Part shown: positions 18,664 through 30,586 of the stretch, piece after piece
Numbering within the stretch: the first letter of the stretch is position 1
Layout: each line of letters opens with the position of its first letter
Program-made: the position numbers and the translations under genes
Notes under the pieces: generated by a model
Seen by the model: the letters and a program-made list of their open reading frames with translations, nothing else
What the model was told of the DNA's origin: nothing
Database searches by the model: none
Assembly (NCBI GenBank): GCA_963713045.1
Contig: CAVQKE010000001.1
Coordinates: 480,001 to 544,000 of the forward strand
Reading direction: 5' to 3'
Length of the DNA: 64,000 nucleotides
From: an uncultured delta proteobacterium
GTDB lineage: Bacteria > Myxococcota > Myxococcia > Myxococcales > Myxococcaceae

Positions 18664-18903
18664 ATGGTGCCGCCCATGCGGTTGCCACGTCTGTTCCGTG
18701 CCGGCAAGGACATAGCCCCGGTGGGCCCGGACGCGCAGGACCAGTTGGAGCGCCTGTTGGCCGAGGGCTTCCGAGCGCTGGCGACCGTCTGTGCCCGAGC
18801 CGCCGAACTGCTGGAGGCGCAGCGCCTGGCCCGAACCGGCTATGGCGCCCAGGGGAGGTTTCTGGAGCGGCTGGACTCGCCGCCGTCGTCCCGGCGCCCG
18901 TGA
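18664..18903 (+). CDS. Small helical hypothetical protein (start 18664 or 18676)
   Basis: Fills the gap between flanking genes with GC3-biased codons; amphipathic DQLERLLAEGFRALATVC. Confidence 0.6.
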   Translation: MVPPMRLPRLFRAGKDIAPVGPDAQDQLERLLAEGFRALATVCARAAELLEAQRLARTGYGAQGRFLERLDSPPSSRRP

Positions 18904-18937
18904 GGCCCTAGCCCGGCCCTAAGCCCGGCCCTAGCCC
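18904..18937. repeat. Three tandem copies of GGCCCTA(A)GCCC
   Basis: Copies at 18904-18914, 18915-18926 and 18927-18937, between convergent stop codons. Confidence 0.9.
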
Positions 18938-19755
18938 TTGAAGGTTTGGGCGAGAAACTTCTCGGCCAGCGCGTTGGCCTCGCCGGCCGCCGCCGGGTTG
19001 TAGCGCCCCCCGGTGGGGTTGGCGAAGGCGTGGTTCGCATCGAAGGAGTGGAAGGCGTGCTTCACGCCGGCCTCGGTGAGGGCACGGTCGAAGGCCGCCA
19101 CCTTCTCCGGCGTAATCCACCCGTCCTGTTTCGCCCAGATGCCAAGCACCGGCCCACGCAGCGTCTTCAACTGGGCGACATCCATCACCGGCATGCCGTA
19201 GTAGATGATGGTGGCCGCGATGTCCTGCGGGCTGCCCAGCGAGGCGAGCAGGCTCTGGCCGCCGCCGGCGCACCAGCCGAGCGTTGCAATTTTCCTTCCG
19301 TGGCCGTTTTCTTTCAGCCAGGCCACGCCAGCCTTTTCCACCGCTGCGGCGTGCGCCGGGTCAAGCGCCTGCATCAGTTTTCCGGCCTCCTCCGGCGTCG
19401 TGGCCACCTTGCCCTGGTAGAGGTCCACCGCAAGCACGAGGTAGCCCAAGCCGGCAAGCCTATCGGCCTGCCCTTTCACATAGTCATTCAGTCCCCACCA
19501 CTCGTGCAGCACCAGGATGGCGCCGCTCGGCGCCGCCTTCGGACGCGCCACGTAGCCGATGGCCTGCTTCCCCCCGGGCAGCCCCAGCAGGACGGTTTTC
19601 CCAGTGGGCTGCGGCGCTGCGGGGTCCACCGGGTGGCTTTGGTGGGCGGGAATTCCGGCATCCGCGTCCGAACCCTGCACGTGGGTTGGGGCAAGCCCGG
19701 GAAGGCTCCAGCCGAGGATGAGGGCGCCGGCCCAAAGCAGCATTCGTCGCGTCAT
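18931..19755 (-). CDS. Exported dienelactone hydrolase family protein
   Basis: HEWWGLND, LAVDLY, nucleophile GWCAGG, YYG, HAFANP; signal peptide from ATG 19755. Confidence 0.92.
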   Translation of the reverse strand: MTRRMLLWAGALILGWSLPGLAPTHVQGSDADAGIPAHQSHPVDPAAPQPTGKTVLLGLPGGKQAIGYVARPKAAPSGAILVLHEWWGLNDYVKGQADRLAGLGYLVLAVDLYQGKVATTPEEAGKLMQALDPAHAAAVEKAGVAWLKENGHGRKIATLGWCAGGGQSLLASLGSPQDIAATIIYYGMPVMDVAQLKTLRGPVLGIWAKQDGWITPEKVAAFDRALTEAGVKHAFHSFDANHAFANPTGGRYNPAAAGEANALAEKFLAQTFKG

Positions 19756-19801
19756 CGGTCCTCCAAAAGGAGAAGGCCTGTCTCGCCGGCCCAAAGCGGC
19801 G

Positions 19802-20197
19802 CTACCCCTGGTGGCGCCGGCCACCGCCCTGCGCCGCGGGCGGCTCGGTGACTTCCGGCTCCAGCGCCATGTTGGCCGGCTCGACGGGAAGGTTGGGCCC
19901 GCTGCTCCAGGCCTGCACCGCGTTGCTGGTCCGCGGAGTCTCCGCGTTACCCGGCAACCCGGGCACCAAGGGGGGTGGCCGCACCGCGGTGGAGGTACTT
20001 CGGTCCGCCAGCGGGTCGACCCCCTTGAGGTCCGCCGACTCCGGGTAGACACCGTAGGCGGTGCTCACCCCGCCCGGGCCGAGCCCTCCGGCCACGCCGA
20101 GGCTGGAGGTGTCCGGGGTGTCGCTGAGCGGTCCATGCTGGGTGGAACAACCCGCCCCAAGGATGAGGGCAGAACACAGGGCTAGAAGGGCGCGCAT
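19802..20197 (-). CDS. Pro-rich hypothetical lipoprotein
   Basis: MRALLALCSALILGAGC lipobox; same strand as and directly upstream of the DLH gene. Confidence 0.65.
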   Translation of the reverse strand: MRALLALCSALILGAGCSTQHGPLSDTPDTSSLGVAGGLGPGGVSTAYGVYPESADLKGVDPLADRSTSTAVRPPPLVPGLPGNAETPRTSNAVQAWSSGPNLPVEPANMALEPEVTEPPAAQGGGRRHQG

Positions 20198-20322
20198 GCC
20201 GGTGCCGGCTTACCTCAAGCCCAAGCCCGGATGAAGCGGAAAGCCGGAGGGCCTCGCCGTTGGGGGCCGCCAGCAGCCCGGGGCTTTTCCGACCGGCCGG
20301 ACAATGGCTTCTTTCGGCCCCG

Positions 20323-21222
20323 ATGCGCGTCTTCCACTGCGACAGCTACCTGGTCCCCTTGCCAGAGGGTCACCGCTTTCCAATGACAAAGTACCGGCTG
20401 CTTCGGGAGGGGCTTTTGGACGCTGGCCTGTTGGCGGCTGGGGAGCTGGTGCCGGCCAAGCTGGCGCCGCTGCAGGCGCTCCGCCTGGTGCACACCGAGC
20501 GCTACCTCCGTGCCCTGCTGGAAGGGCGACTCAGCCAGCCCGAGGTGCGCCGTCTCGGCTTCCCGTGGAGTCAGGCCCTGGTGCAGCGCTCGCGGGCGTC
20601 GGTGGGCGGCACCTGCGCCGCTGCGCGCGTGGCCCTCGAGGAGGGCTTCGCCGCCAACCTGGCCGGAGGAACGCACCACGCCTTCGCCGACCACGGGGAA
20701 GGCTTCTGCGTCTTCAACGACATTGCCATCAGCATCCGAGAGCAACAGGCCGCGGGCCGCATTTCCCGCGCCGCGGTGGTGGACCTGGACGTGCACCAAG
20801 GCAACGGGACGGCTTCGGTATTTGCCTCGGACCCGTCCGTCTTCACCTTCAGCATGCACGGCCAGCACAACTTCCCCTTCCGCAAGCAGCCCTCGTCCCT
20901 GGACGTGGGGCTGCCCGACGGCACCGGCGATGGCGTCTACCTGGACACCCTGTACCGCCATTTGCCCCGCGTCCTCGACGCCGCCCGGCCCGAACTCATC
21001 TACTACCAGGCAGGCGTGGACCCACTGGCCGAGGACACCCTCGGAAGGCTGGCGCTGAGCGCAGAGGGTCTCGAGGCCCGCGACCGTTTCGTCTTCCAGT
21101 GCGCGCAGCGGCGGGGCGTCCCGCTGGTGGTGACGCTTGGAGGCGGCTACGCCCAGCCGCTGTCCTGCAGCCTCACCGCCCATCTGGGCACCTACCGCGC
21201 CGCGCGCGAGGTGTACGGCTGA
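20323..21222 (+). CDS. Zn-dependent histone deacetylase family protein (HDAC11/class IV-like)
   Basis: LPEGHRFPM.KY, GGTHHA, GFCVFND, DLDVHQGNGT, YQAGVD, GGGY. Confidence 0.95.
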   Translation: MRVFHCDSYLVPLPEGHRFPMTKYRLLREGLLDAGLLAAGELVPAKLAPLQALRLVHTERYLRALLEGRLSQPEVRRLGFPWSQALVQRSRASVGGTCAAARVALEEGFAANLAGGTHHAFADHGEGFCVFNDIAISIREQQAAGRISRAAVVDLDVHQGNGTASVFASDPSVFTFSMHGQHNFPFRKQPSSLDVGLPDGTGDGVYLDTLYRHLPRVLDAARPELIYYQAGVDPLAEDTLGRLALSAEGLEARDRFVFQCAQRRGVPLVVTLGGGYAQPLSCSLTAHLGTYRAAREVYG

Positions 21223-21266
21223 CGCACCCGTCCCCCGGGGGGGGATGAAGGCTAGACAGGCCCCCT

Positions 21267-24200
21267 TTGCCTGGTGCACGGTGTGTCGCCTTCCCCCACG
21301 CCCCAGAGGTGTCTTCTCTGCTCGCCCGCGAACAGCTGGCCCAACTTTTTGATGCCAGCCCCGAGCCCCTCTGCGCCCTCAGCGCAGTCCGGACGGACAG
21401 AGGCATCGAGGACTTTCGCTTCCAGTACGTCAACCCCGCCGCCCTGCGCATGCTTCGCCGGACGGCGGCGGCCGAGTTGGAAGGCCGGCGGCTGCTGGAG
21501 GACGGGCCCACCCAAGGGCCGAATGCCCTCTTCCAGCGTTTGGTGCGGGTGGTCGAGACGGGGGAGGCAGACGGCAACTGCTCCTTCTTTGCAGCCGAGG
21601 GGGCATCCGCCGGGGCCAAAAGCCTCGCCGTGCGCTGCGGCGACGGGCTGACGTTGGCCTTTCGAGGAGAAACGGACGCCGCCGCCGCGGTGCAGCCCGT
21701 CTCGGGACAGCCGCTGCCGCCTGTCCCCGCGCCTGGCCGCGCGCTGCTGGAGGCCGTCCTGCACCACCTGCCGGCCCGGGTCGTCCTTCTCCGCCTGCCG
21801 GACTTCATCATCGAATACGTCAACGAGGCCTTTCTCGCCGGCAGCGCCGGCGGGACGCTTCTCGGCCGCCGGGCCGAAGACGTCTTCCCGCAGCTGCTTC
21901 ACCATCCGCTGGCAGTGGGGGTGCGCCGGGCTGTCGCCACCGGCAGGCCGTACGTCGAGGCCGAGCTGCCGGTGAGAATGGACGTTGGCGGAGGCGTCGA
22001 GGAGCGCATCTTCAGCGTGGTGTACCAGCCACTGGCCGATGCCCGAGGCCACCCGGTGGCGCTGCTCGGCTTTCACTTCGACGTCACCCACCAAGCCGAG
22101 GCACGCGCTTGCACCGAAGCCTTGCTTCAGGAGAAGGAACGGCTGGCGGCGCAAGTCGAGCAAGAACGGCGGTGGCAGCAGGCGGTGCTGACCGACGTCT
22201 CCCAAGGCCTGGCGGTGGTGACCACCGACGGCGCTGTGCTTTTTTGTAATCCGCGCCTGCAGGAGCTGCTGGGCCGAACGGCCGACAGCCCACCGCGCCT
22301 GGTGGGGGAGCTGTTTCCCTTCTTCGGGCTTGACGGCGAAGGGACCGAGGAATGTGAACGGCCCTTCCACCGCGCCATCAGCACCGGCCTTCCGGTGCGC
22401 AATGTCCCGGTCCTCTACCGCCACCCGGCGCGGGGGGACATCACCTTGGACGTCAGCGTCGCGCCCATTCTCGAGGCGGGGCGGGTGGCGTCGGCCATCG
22501 TCACGGTGGATGACGTCACCGACAGACACCGCTGGGAGCGCGAGCGCGCCTCGGCCCTCGGCGCCGAGCGCGAGGCGCGGCTTCGGGCGGAGGCGCTGGC
22601 CCGGGACCTGGCCCGCAGCGAAGGGCGCTTTCGGTCGCTCGCGGAAACTTCGAGCCAAGCCATCTGGATGACCGACTGGAGGGGCTTCGTCCTCAGCCCA
22701 GCCGCCGGCTGGTCTGCGCTCACCGGGCAGTCGCATGAAGAGACGCTGGGCCTCGGATGGCTGAACGCGGTTCACCCGGCCGACGTGAAGGGCATGCAGC
22801 GCATGCTGAGGGACGGGCTCAAGACGGGCCAGCCGCAAAACGGCTACTGCCGGGTGCGGCGCGCCGACGGGGAGTGGGCGGAGTGTGTGTCGCGGGGCGT
22901 CCCGCTGTTTGACGAGCCGGGAAAAGTCCGCGAGTGGGTGGGCACCCTGCGCGACGTCAGCGTCGAGCGCCGAGAGGAGGCCGCGCTTCGGCTGCTGTCC
23001 AGCACCGGGGCCGAGCTGTCCAACACCCTCGACGTGGCCGAGACACTGGGGGCGGTAACCCGACTGACGGTGCCGGCGCTGGCGGACTTCTGCATCGTCG
23101 ACGTCTTGAGCGAGGAGGGGCTGCGCGAGCGGGTGGCGGTGGGGCACGCCCGTTCCGAAGACGCCGGCGTCGCCGAGGCACTCCGGCGGGCGGGCCCGGC
23201 CGCGGGCGGTCCTTTGGCCGAGGCGCTTCTGCGGCTTGAGCCGGTCCTCCTCCCCGTCATCGACAAGGACGCGCTGCTCGATGCGACGGCCCGGGACGCG
23301 AGCCACCGGGCGGTGCTGGTGGGCATCTGCGGGCGGTCGCTGTTGGCAGTGCCGCTTCTGGCCCGCGGCCGGCCACTGGGCGTCATCGGCTTCGTCTACG
23401 CCCACAGCGAGCGCCGCTACGGGCCGCTGGACGTCGCGCTGGCCAAGGAAGTGTGTCGCCGGGCGGCGCTGGCCATCGACAACGCGCGGCTGTACCAGCG
23501 GGCCGAGGACGCCAGCCGCGCCAAGGACGCGTTTCTGGCCACCGTCTCCCACGAGTTGCGCACGCCGCTGTCGGCCATTCTCGGCTGGACGCGGCTTTTG
23601 CGCGGGGGGGGTCTGTCGGCGGAGAAGCAGGCCCGGGCGCTGGAGACGCTTGAGCGCAACGCGCGGGTCCAGGCCCGGCTGGTGGAGGACTTGCTCGACG
23701 TCAGTCGGATTGTCGCCGGCGCAACCCGTCTCGAGGCCGCGCCGGTGGAGGTGGCCCGGGTGGTGGACGCGGCCCTCGAGGCACTCCGGCCCGCGGCAGA
23801 GGCGAAGGCGTTGGGCCTGGCGGTCACCTTGGACCGTACCCTGGTGGTGTCGGGCGACGCAGACCGACTTCAGCAAGTCACCTTTAACCTGGTCAGCAAC
23901 GCCATCAAATTCACCCCGCCCAAGGGCCACATCTCGGTGCGCCTTCAGCCGTCCGGCGAGCAGGCTGAGTTGTCGGTGTCCGACAGCGGACAAGGCATCA
24001 CCCAGGACTTTCTTCCCCACGTCTTTGAACGCTTCCGCCAGGCCGACTCCACCGCGACGCGCTCCACCGGCGGGTTGGGGCTGGGCTTGGCCATCGTCCG
24101 ACACCTGGTGGAGTTGCACGGCGGAACTGTCACCGCCTCCAGTCGCGGGCCGGACCAGGGCTCGACGTTTACCGTCCGGCTGGCCCTGCGCCCCCTCGAC

Positions 24201-24680
24201 GCCGCCGTCCTGCCAGCACGCCGGGTGACGCCCGGGAGCGGCGTCCACCCCTCCCTGGCCGGGTTGCGTGTGCTGGTGGTGGACGACGAGGAGGAAACGC
24301 GGGAGCTGCTGTGCCGCGTGCTGAGCCAGCAGCACGCCGTTGTCACCACCGCCTCCACGGCCACCGAGGCGCTGGGCGCGCTGCTCCGAGAGCGGCCGCA
24401 CGTCCTGGTGGCCGACCTGGCCATGCCGGGCGAGGATGGCTACCAGCTGGTGGCGCGCCTCCGCAGCCTCCTCCCCCAGCAGGGCGGCCAAACGCCGGCG
24501 GTCGCGGTGAGCGCTTCCTCCGGGCCGGGCGAGGCCCAGCGGGCGCAGCGCGCTGGTTTCCAGGTGTACCTCACCAAACCAGTGGAGCCCTTGGAGTTGC
24601 TCAGCGTCGTGGCAGAGCTGGCCGCCTCCGCAGTCGCCGCTGAAGCCGACGTGACGGCGGCCGCCTCCTCCACGGGTTGA
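21267..24680 (+). CDS. Cytoplasmic hybrid sensor kinase (multiple PAS, GAF, HisKA, HATPase, REC); start uncertain
   Basis: PAS motifs YVNPA, YVNEA, CNPR, VHPAD; SHELRTPL; NLVSNAIKFT; DSGQGI; GLGLGLAI; receiver VVDD..DLAMP..YLTKP. Confidence 0.95.
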   Translation: MPGARCVAFPHAPEVSSLLAREQLAQLFDASPEPLCALSAVRTDRGIEDFRFQYVNPAALRMLRRTAAAELEGRRLLEDGPTQGPNALFQRLVRVVETGEADGNCSFFAAEGASAGAKSLAVRCGDGLTLAFRGETDAAAAVQPVSGQPLPPVPAPGRALLEAVLHHLPARVVLLRLPDFIIEYVNEAFLAGSAGGTLLGRRAEDVFPQLLHHPLAVGVRRAVATGRPYVEAELPVRMDVGGGVEERIFSVVYQPLADARGHPVALLGFHFDVTHQAEARACTEALLQEKERLAAQVEQERRWQQAVLTDVSQGLAVVTTDGAVLFCNPRLQELLGRTADSPPRLVGELFPFFGLDGEGTEECERPFHRAISTGLPVRNVPVLYRHPARGDITLDVSVAPILEAGRVASAIVTVDDVTDRHRWERERASALGAEREARLRAEALARDLARSEGRFRSLAETSSQAIWMTDWRGFVLSPAAGWSALTGQSHEETLGLGWLNAVHPADVKGMQRMLRDGLKTGQPQNGYCRVRRADGEWAECVSRGVPLFDEPGKVREWVGTLRDVSVERREEAALRLLSSTGAELSNTLDVAETLGAVTRLTVPALADFCIVDVLSEEGLRERVAVGHARSEDAGVAEALRRAGPAAGGPLAEALLRLEPVLLPVIDKDALLDATARDASHRAVLVGICGRSLLAVPLLARGRPLGVIGFVYAHSERRYGPLDVALAKEVCRRAALAIDNARLYQRAEDASRAKDAFLATVSHELRTPLSAILGWTRLLRGGGLSAEKQARALETLERNARVQARLVEDLLDVSRIVAGATRLEAAPVEVARVVDAALEALRPAAEAKALGLAVTLDRTLVVSGDADRLQQVTFNLVSNAIKFTPPKGHISVRLQPSGEQAELSVSDSGQGITQDFLPHVFERFRQADSTATRSTGGLGLGLAIVRHLVELHGGTVTASSRGPDQGSTFTVRLALRPLDAAVLPARRVTPGSGVHPSLAGLRVLVVDDEEETRELLCRVLSQQHAVVTTASTATEALGALLRERPHVLVADLAMPGEDGYQLVARLRSLLPQQGGQTPAVAVSASSGPGEAQRAQRAGFQVYLTKPVEPLELLSVVAELAASAVAAEADVTAAASSTG

Positions 24681-24750
24681 CGTCGGACGTCCACCCACCC
24701 TTGGTGCGGGACCCCTGCTTCGGCCTACGCCCAGAAGACAACAACTTCCC

Positions 24751-26295
24751 ATGCGGACGGGTGTTAGGGCGTCAGGGCCCTTGCGTACGCTTTTTGCTTT
24801 GGGTCGCGTGAGAGCCTCCCTTCCACAAGCCGTCGCCTCCATGCCCCCCCTCCGCCCGGCACCCCTGCACCCGGCCGCCACCCCTTCGGACGGGGAGCGC
24901 GACGCGCTGGGCCTGGGGGACAGTGGGCGGGAACCCGCCTTTGACCGGGTGGCCCGGCTGGCCGCCCGCGCCGTGCGCGCGCCGGTGACACTGCTGGTTT
25001 TCTTCAGCGAAGGCGGAGCCTTCGTCGGCGGGGCCGCGGGCCTGGAAGAATCGCCTTCGGGCTGGCCCATTCCCCAGGACGCGGTGGCTGCTGTCGCCCA
25101 GGCCAACCTGACGGCCACCGGTGTTTTGGCCCCGGAGGAGGGGGGCCTCGGCCGACAGGCCTGGGTGGGCGTGCCGGTGCGCGACCGGTCGGGACAGCTG
25201 TTGGGGGTGCTGCTGGCCGTCGATGCGGCGCCTCGCACCTGGCAGGCCGAGGACGTCCACGCGCTGCAGGACGCTGCCCACACCCTCCTGCCCGAGTTTG
25301 AGGCGAGGGCCGCCGCCGTCGAACTCGGCCTGGACCGGGCCGGGTTGTTGAGCCGACAGCGCCTGGGGGAAATCCCCGAGGCGCTGGCCCGCCTGCTGCG
25401 CACGGAGCGGGCCCACCTCACCGCGTTGCTCGACGCCTTGGCCGACGGGGTGCTGTTGGTGGGGGAGGACGGTGCCGTCATCCACTGCAACAAAGCCTTT
25501 CTCGGCCTTTTTGGGCTGCTGACGTCCCACTCCCTGGTGGGGCTCGCCAGCAGCGAGGCCGGTGCGCTGTTCCGGCTGCAGTTTCTTGAGCCGGACCGCT
25601 TCGAGGCACGCGTCCAGGAACTCTCCGGAGGACGAACGGCCACCTTCCGGGAGATGCTTCCACTCGCCGACGGCCGGGTGGTGGAGCGCGACTACGCGCC
25701 GGTGCTGGCAGCGGACCAGGCGCTGGGCCACCTGTGGATTTACCGCGATGTCACCGAGCGGGAGCGGGCACGCACCTCGCTCGGCCGACAGCGCGACAGC
25801 GGCTCGCTGAGCCACGTTGACGAGCTGACCAGCCTCCACAATCGGCGCGGCTTCATCGACTTGGCGCGGGCGCAGCTGGACGAGGCGGTGCGGGCCCAGC
25901 GCGGGATGCTGGTCATCTTCTCCGACCTCGACGGGCTGAAGCAGATAAATGACCGGTTCGGCCACCAGGCTGGGGATCGGGCGCTCCTCGAATTCGCCAC
26001 CCTGCTGCGGGCCACCTTCCGGGAGCGCGACCTCGTCGCCCGGTTGGGCGGTGACGAATTCGTTGTCCTCGTCACCGACGCCGCGGGCGTGGGCGCCGCG
26101 GAGTTGGTGGCTCGACTCAACAGCCGGGTCGAGCAGCACAACAACCGGGGACGGAGAGACTTCGCCATCGCCTTTTCCACCGGTGTGGCCACCTTCGACC
26201 CGGCCGAACCCGAGCCGCTGGAAGTCCTCCTCAGCCAGGCCGACGCCCGGATGTACGCCCACAAGCGCCGCCGGAAGGACGCGACCGGGAGTTGA
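24751..26295 (+). CDS. GAF-PAS-GGDEF diguanylate cyclase (start may be 24841)
   Basis: DELTSLHNRR, DLDGLKQINDRFGHQAGD, RERD inhibitory site, intact GGDEF, ADARMY..K. Confidence 0.93.
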   Translation: MRTGVRASGPLRTLFALGRVRASLPQAVASMPPLRPAPLHPAATPSDGERDALGLGDSGREPAFDRVARLAARAVRAPVTLLVFFSEGGAFVGGAAGLEESPSGWPIPQDAVAAVAQANLTATGVLAPEEGGLGRQAWVGVPVRDRSGQLLGVLLAVDAAPRTWQAEDVHALQDAAHTLLPEFEARAAAVELGLDRAGLLSRQRLGEIPEALARLLRTERAHLTALLDALADGVLLVGEDGAVIHCNKAFLGLFGLLTSHSLVGLASSEAGALFRLQFLEPDRFEARVQELSGGRTATFREMLPLADGRVVERDYAPVLAADQALGHLWIYRDVTERERARTSLGRQRDSGSLSHVDELTSLHNRRGFIDLARAQLDEAVRAQRGMLVIFSDLDGLKQINDRFGHQAGDRALLEFATLLRATFRERDLVARLGGDEFVVLVTDAAGVGAAELVARLNSRVEQHNNRGRRDFAIAFSTGVATFDPAEPEPLEVLLSQADARMYAHKRRRKDATGS

Positions 26296-26296
26296 C

Positions 26297-29032
<2,736 letters not shown>

Positions 29033-29162
29033 GGGCTTTTTTCCTCGCGTCCCCTCCCTATGCACCGGGGCCTGCGCCGGGTGCAACACGCGCTTTCGCA
29101 TCGAGGAAATGCGCGCCCTGGGGGGCAAGCGAGGGCCCCGGCCAACCGCCACCCGAGGGGGG

Positions 29163-29552
29163 CTACTTCGCCGGCACCGAGGGCGTGTCCGACGTCGGCG
29201 GCGGGGTGGGCAGCGGCTTGAGCGTTCCGTAGGCGCCGGCTGGCGCCTCGTGAACGATGCCGGAGCTCAGGTCAATCACCAAATCCACCGGGGGTCCTCC
29301 GGTGGGCCCGGGCCCAAAGCGCAGCAGCCAGAGGTTGCCGGCCATCTCCTGCGAGCCGAGGAAGACACGGTCCGGCAGACTGGAGGAGTGGATGTAGTCC
29401 GAAGCCAGGTGCATCGCATCGTCGAAGCCGCCGACGGTGATGACATCCTGCGGCGGGGCCGGCGGGATGAGCGGCGGCCGGGTGCTCCGGTCATTGGCGA
29501 CGCATGCGCCAAGAAGGACGCTGCATACCAGCACCCGCTTGCCCGCACCCAT
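29163..29552 (-). CDS. Hypothetical lipoprotein (possibly PepSY-like)
   Basis: Lipobox VLLGAC; LWLLRF...LVIDLSSG; Pro-rich ends. Confidence 0.65.
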   Translation of the reverse strand: MGAGKRVLVCSVLLGACVANDRSTRPPLIPPAPPQDVITVGGFDDAMHLASDYIHSSSLPDRVFLGSQEMAGNLWLLRFGPGPTGGPPVDLVIDLSSGIVHEAPAGAYGTLKPLPTPPPTSDTPSVPAK

Positions 29553-29662
29553 GGCCCCTCCCCTCAGGGCGAAAAGCTAACACGCGCCGCGCCGCGAAGC
29601 GGCCTCTGGCGCCGGTCCGCCGGCGAAGGGCCGCCCTGCTGCTTGCGCTGCCCGCGGCGGGC

Positions 29663-30586
29663 TTATTCCGACAGCGCTTGTTCAGCGGCACGCGCCGCCG
29701 CCGCCCGCGCCCAAGCCGGTTCCACCACTTCGGCCTCGCCCCCGAAGGACAGGACCCACTGCGTCAGCCAGCGCTCGGCGTCCCCGGCCACGCGCACCTC
29801 CACCCCCCCGTCGGCCAACTCCTTCACCTCGGAGCCGAAGCGCTCGCGCAGGTAGGGAGCGGCCACCGCCGAGAAGCGCACCCGGACTTCGCCGCGCTCG
29901 GCTGGGTCCGGCACGTGCGAGGGCGCCCCCACCCGGGGCGCGAATTGCCGCCCGGTTGCCACCAGGTGGGCCATTCGGTCGACCCGAAAGAGACGCTGGT
30001 CGGCCCGGCCGGCGTCCCAGGCGCTGAGGTACCACTGGCCGCGGTGGCTAAAGAGTTCGAGCGGTTCCACCCGGCGGGCTTCCACCGCGTCGCGCATCTT
30101 TCCGGCGTAATCGAAGGTGAGCTCCGAGCGCTCGGCGATGGCGCGGGTAATCTCCCCGAGGTCCGCCGAGCCGGTGGTCCGCATGTCCACCGTGCGCTCC
30201 AAGGCGTGGTAGCGCAGCCGCGCCGTCGCCGGCAGCACCTTCTCCAGCTTGGCCAGCGCGGTGGCCAGCGCCCCGCCAGCGGCGGGACGAAGCAACTCGC
30301 CGGCCGCGGCCAGGGCGGCGGCCTCGGCGGGCGTCAGCCGGGGAGGCTTGGTGAAGCGCTGGTCGAGCTCCACCGTCACTCGGTCGTTCTCGACGTGCAA
30401 GTCGATGAAGTCGTCGGGCTGAAACGGCGGGCGGCCCACCAGCGTCAGCAAGTCCAAGTCTCGCAACAACTCCTCCCGAGACAACCCCAGCGCCCGGGAC
30501 AGTGCATCGACGCTGATGCCTGGGTTGCGGGACACATAGGGCACCACCAACAGCAGGCGGCGGAGCCGCTCGTGCACGTCGCTCAT
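29663..30586 (-). CDS. pafC: HTH-WYL-WCX transcriptional regulator, PafC-like
   Basis: RLRRLLLVVPYV, DLDLLTLVG.P..PDDFID, PPRLTPAEA, RRVEP, QWYLSAW, LFRVDRM, WL..WVLSFG.EAEVVEP. Confidence 0.88.
   Translation of the reverse strand: MSDVHERLRRLLLVVPYVSRNPGISVDALSRALGLSREELLRDLDLLTLVGRPPFQPDDFIDLHVENDRVTVELDQRFTKPPRLTPAEAAALAAAGELLRPAAGGALATALAKLEKVLPATARLRYHALERTVDMRTTGSADLGEITRAIAERSELTFDYAGKMRDAVEARRVEPLELFSHRGQWYLSAWDAGRADQRLFRVDRMAHLVATGRQFAPRVGAPSHVPDPAERGEVRVRFSAVAAPYLRERFGSEVKELADGGVEVRVAGDAERWLTQWVLSFGGEAEVVEPAWARAAAARAAEQALSE

Noticed and set aside
21252..25643. 1463-aa minus-strand ORF, and other long antisense ORFs (601-1995, 10638-12524, 24772-26262, 57367-58812, 62897-63922)
   Set aside because: Shadow frames of well-supported genes; no motifs; long stop-free antisense frames are expected at ~70% GC.
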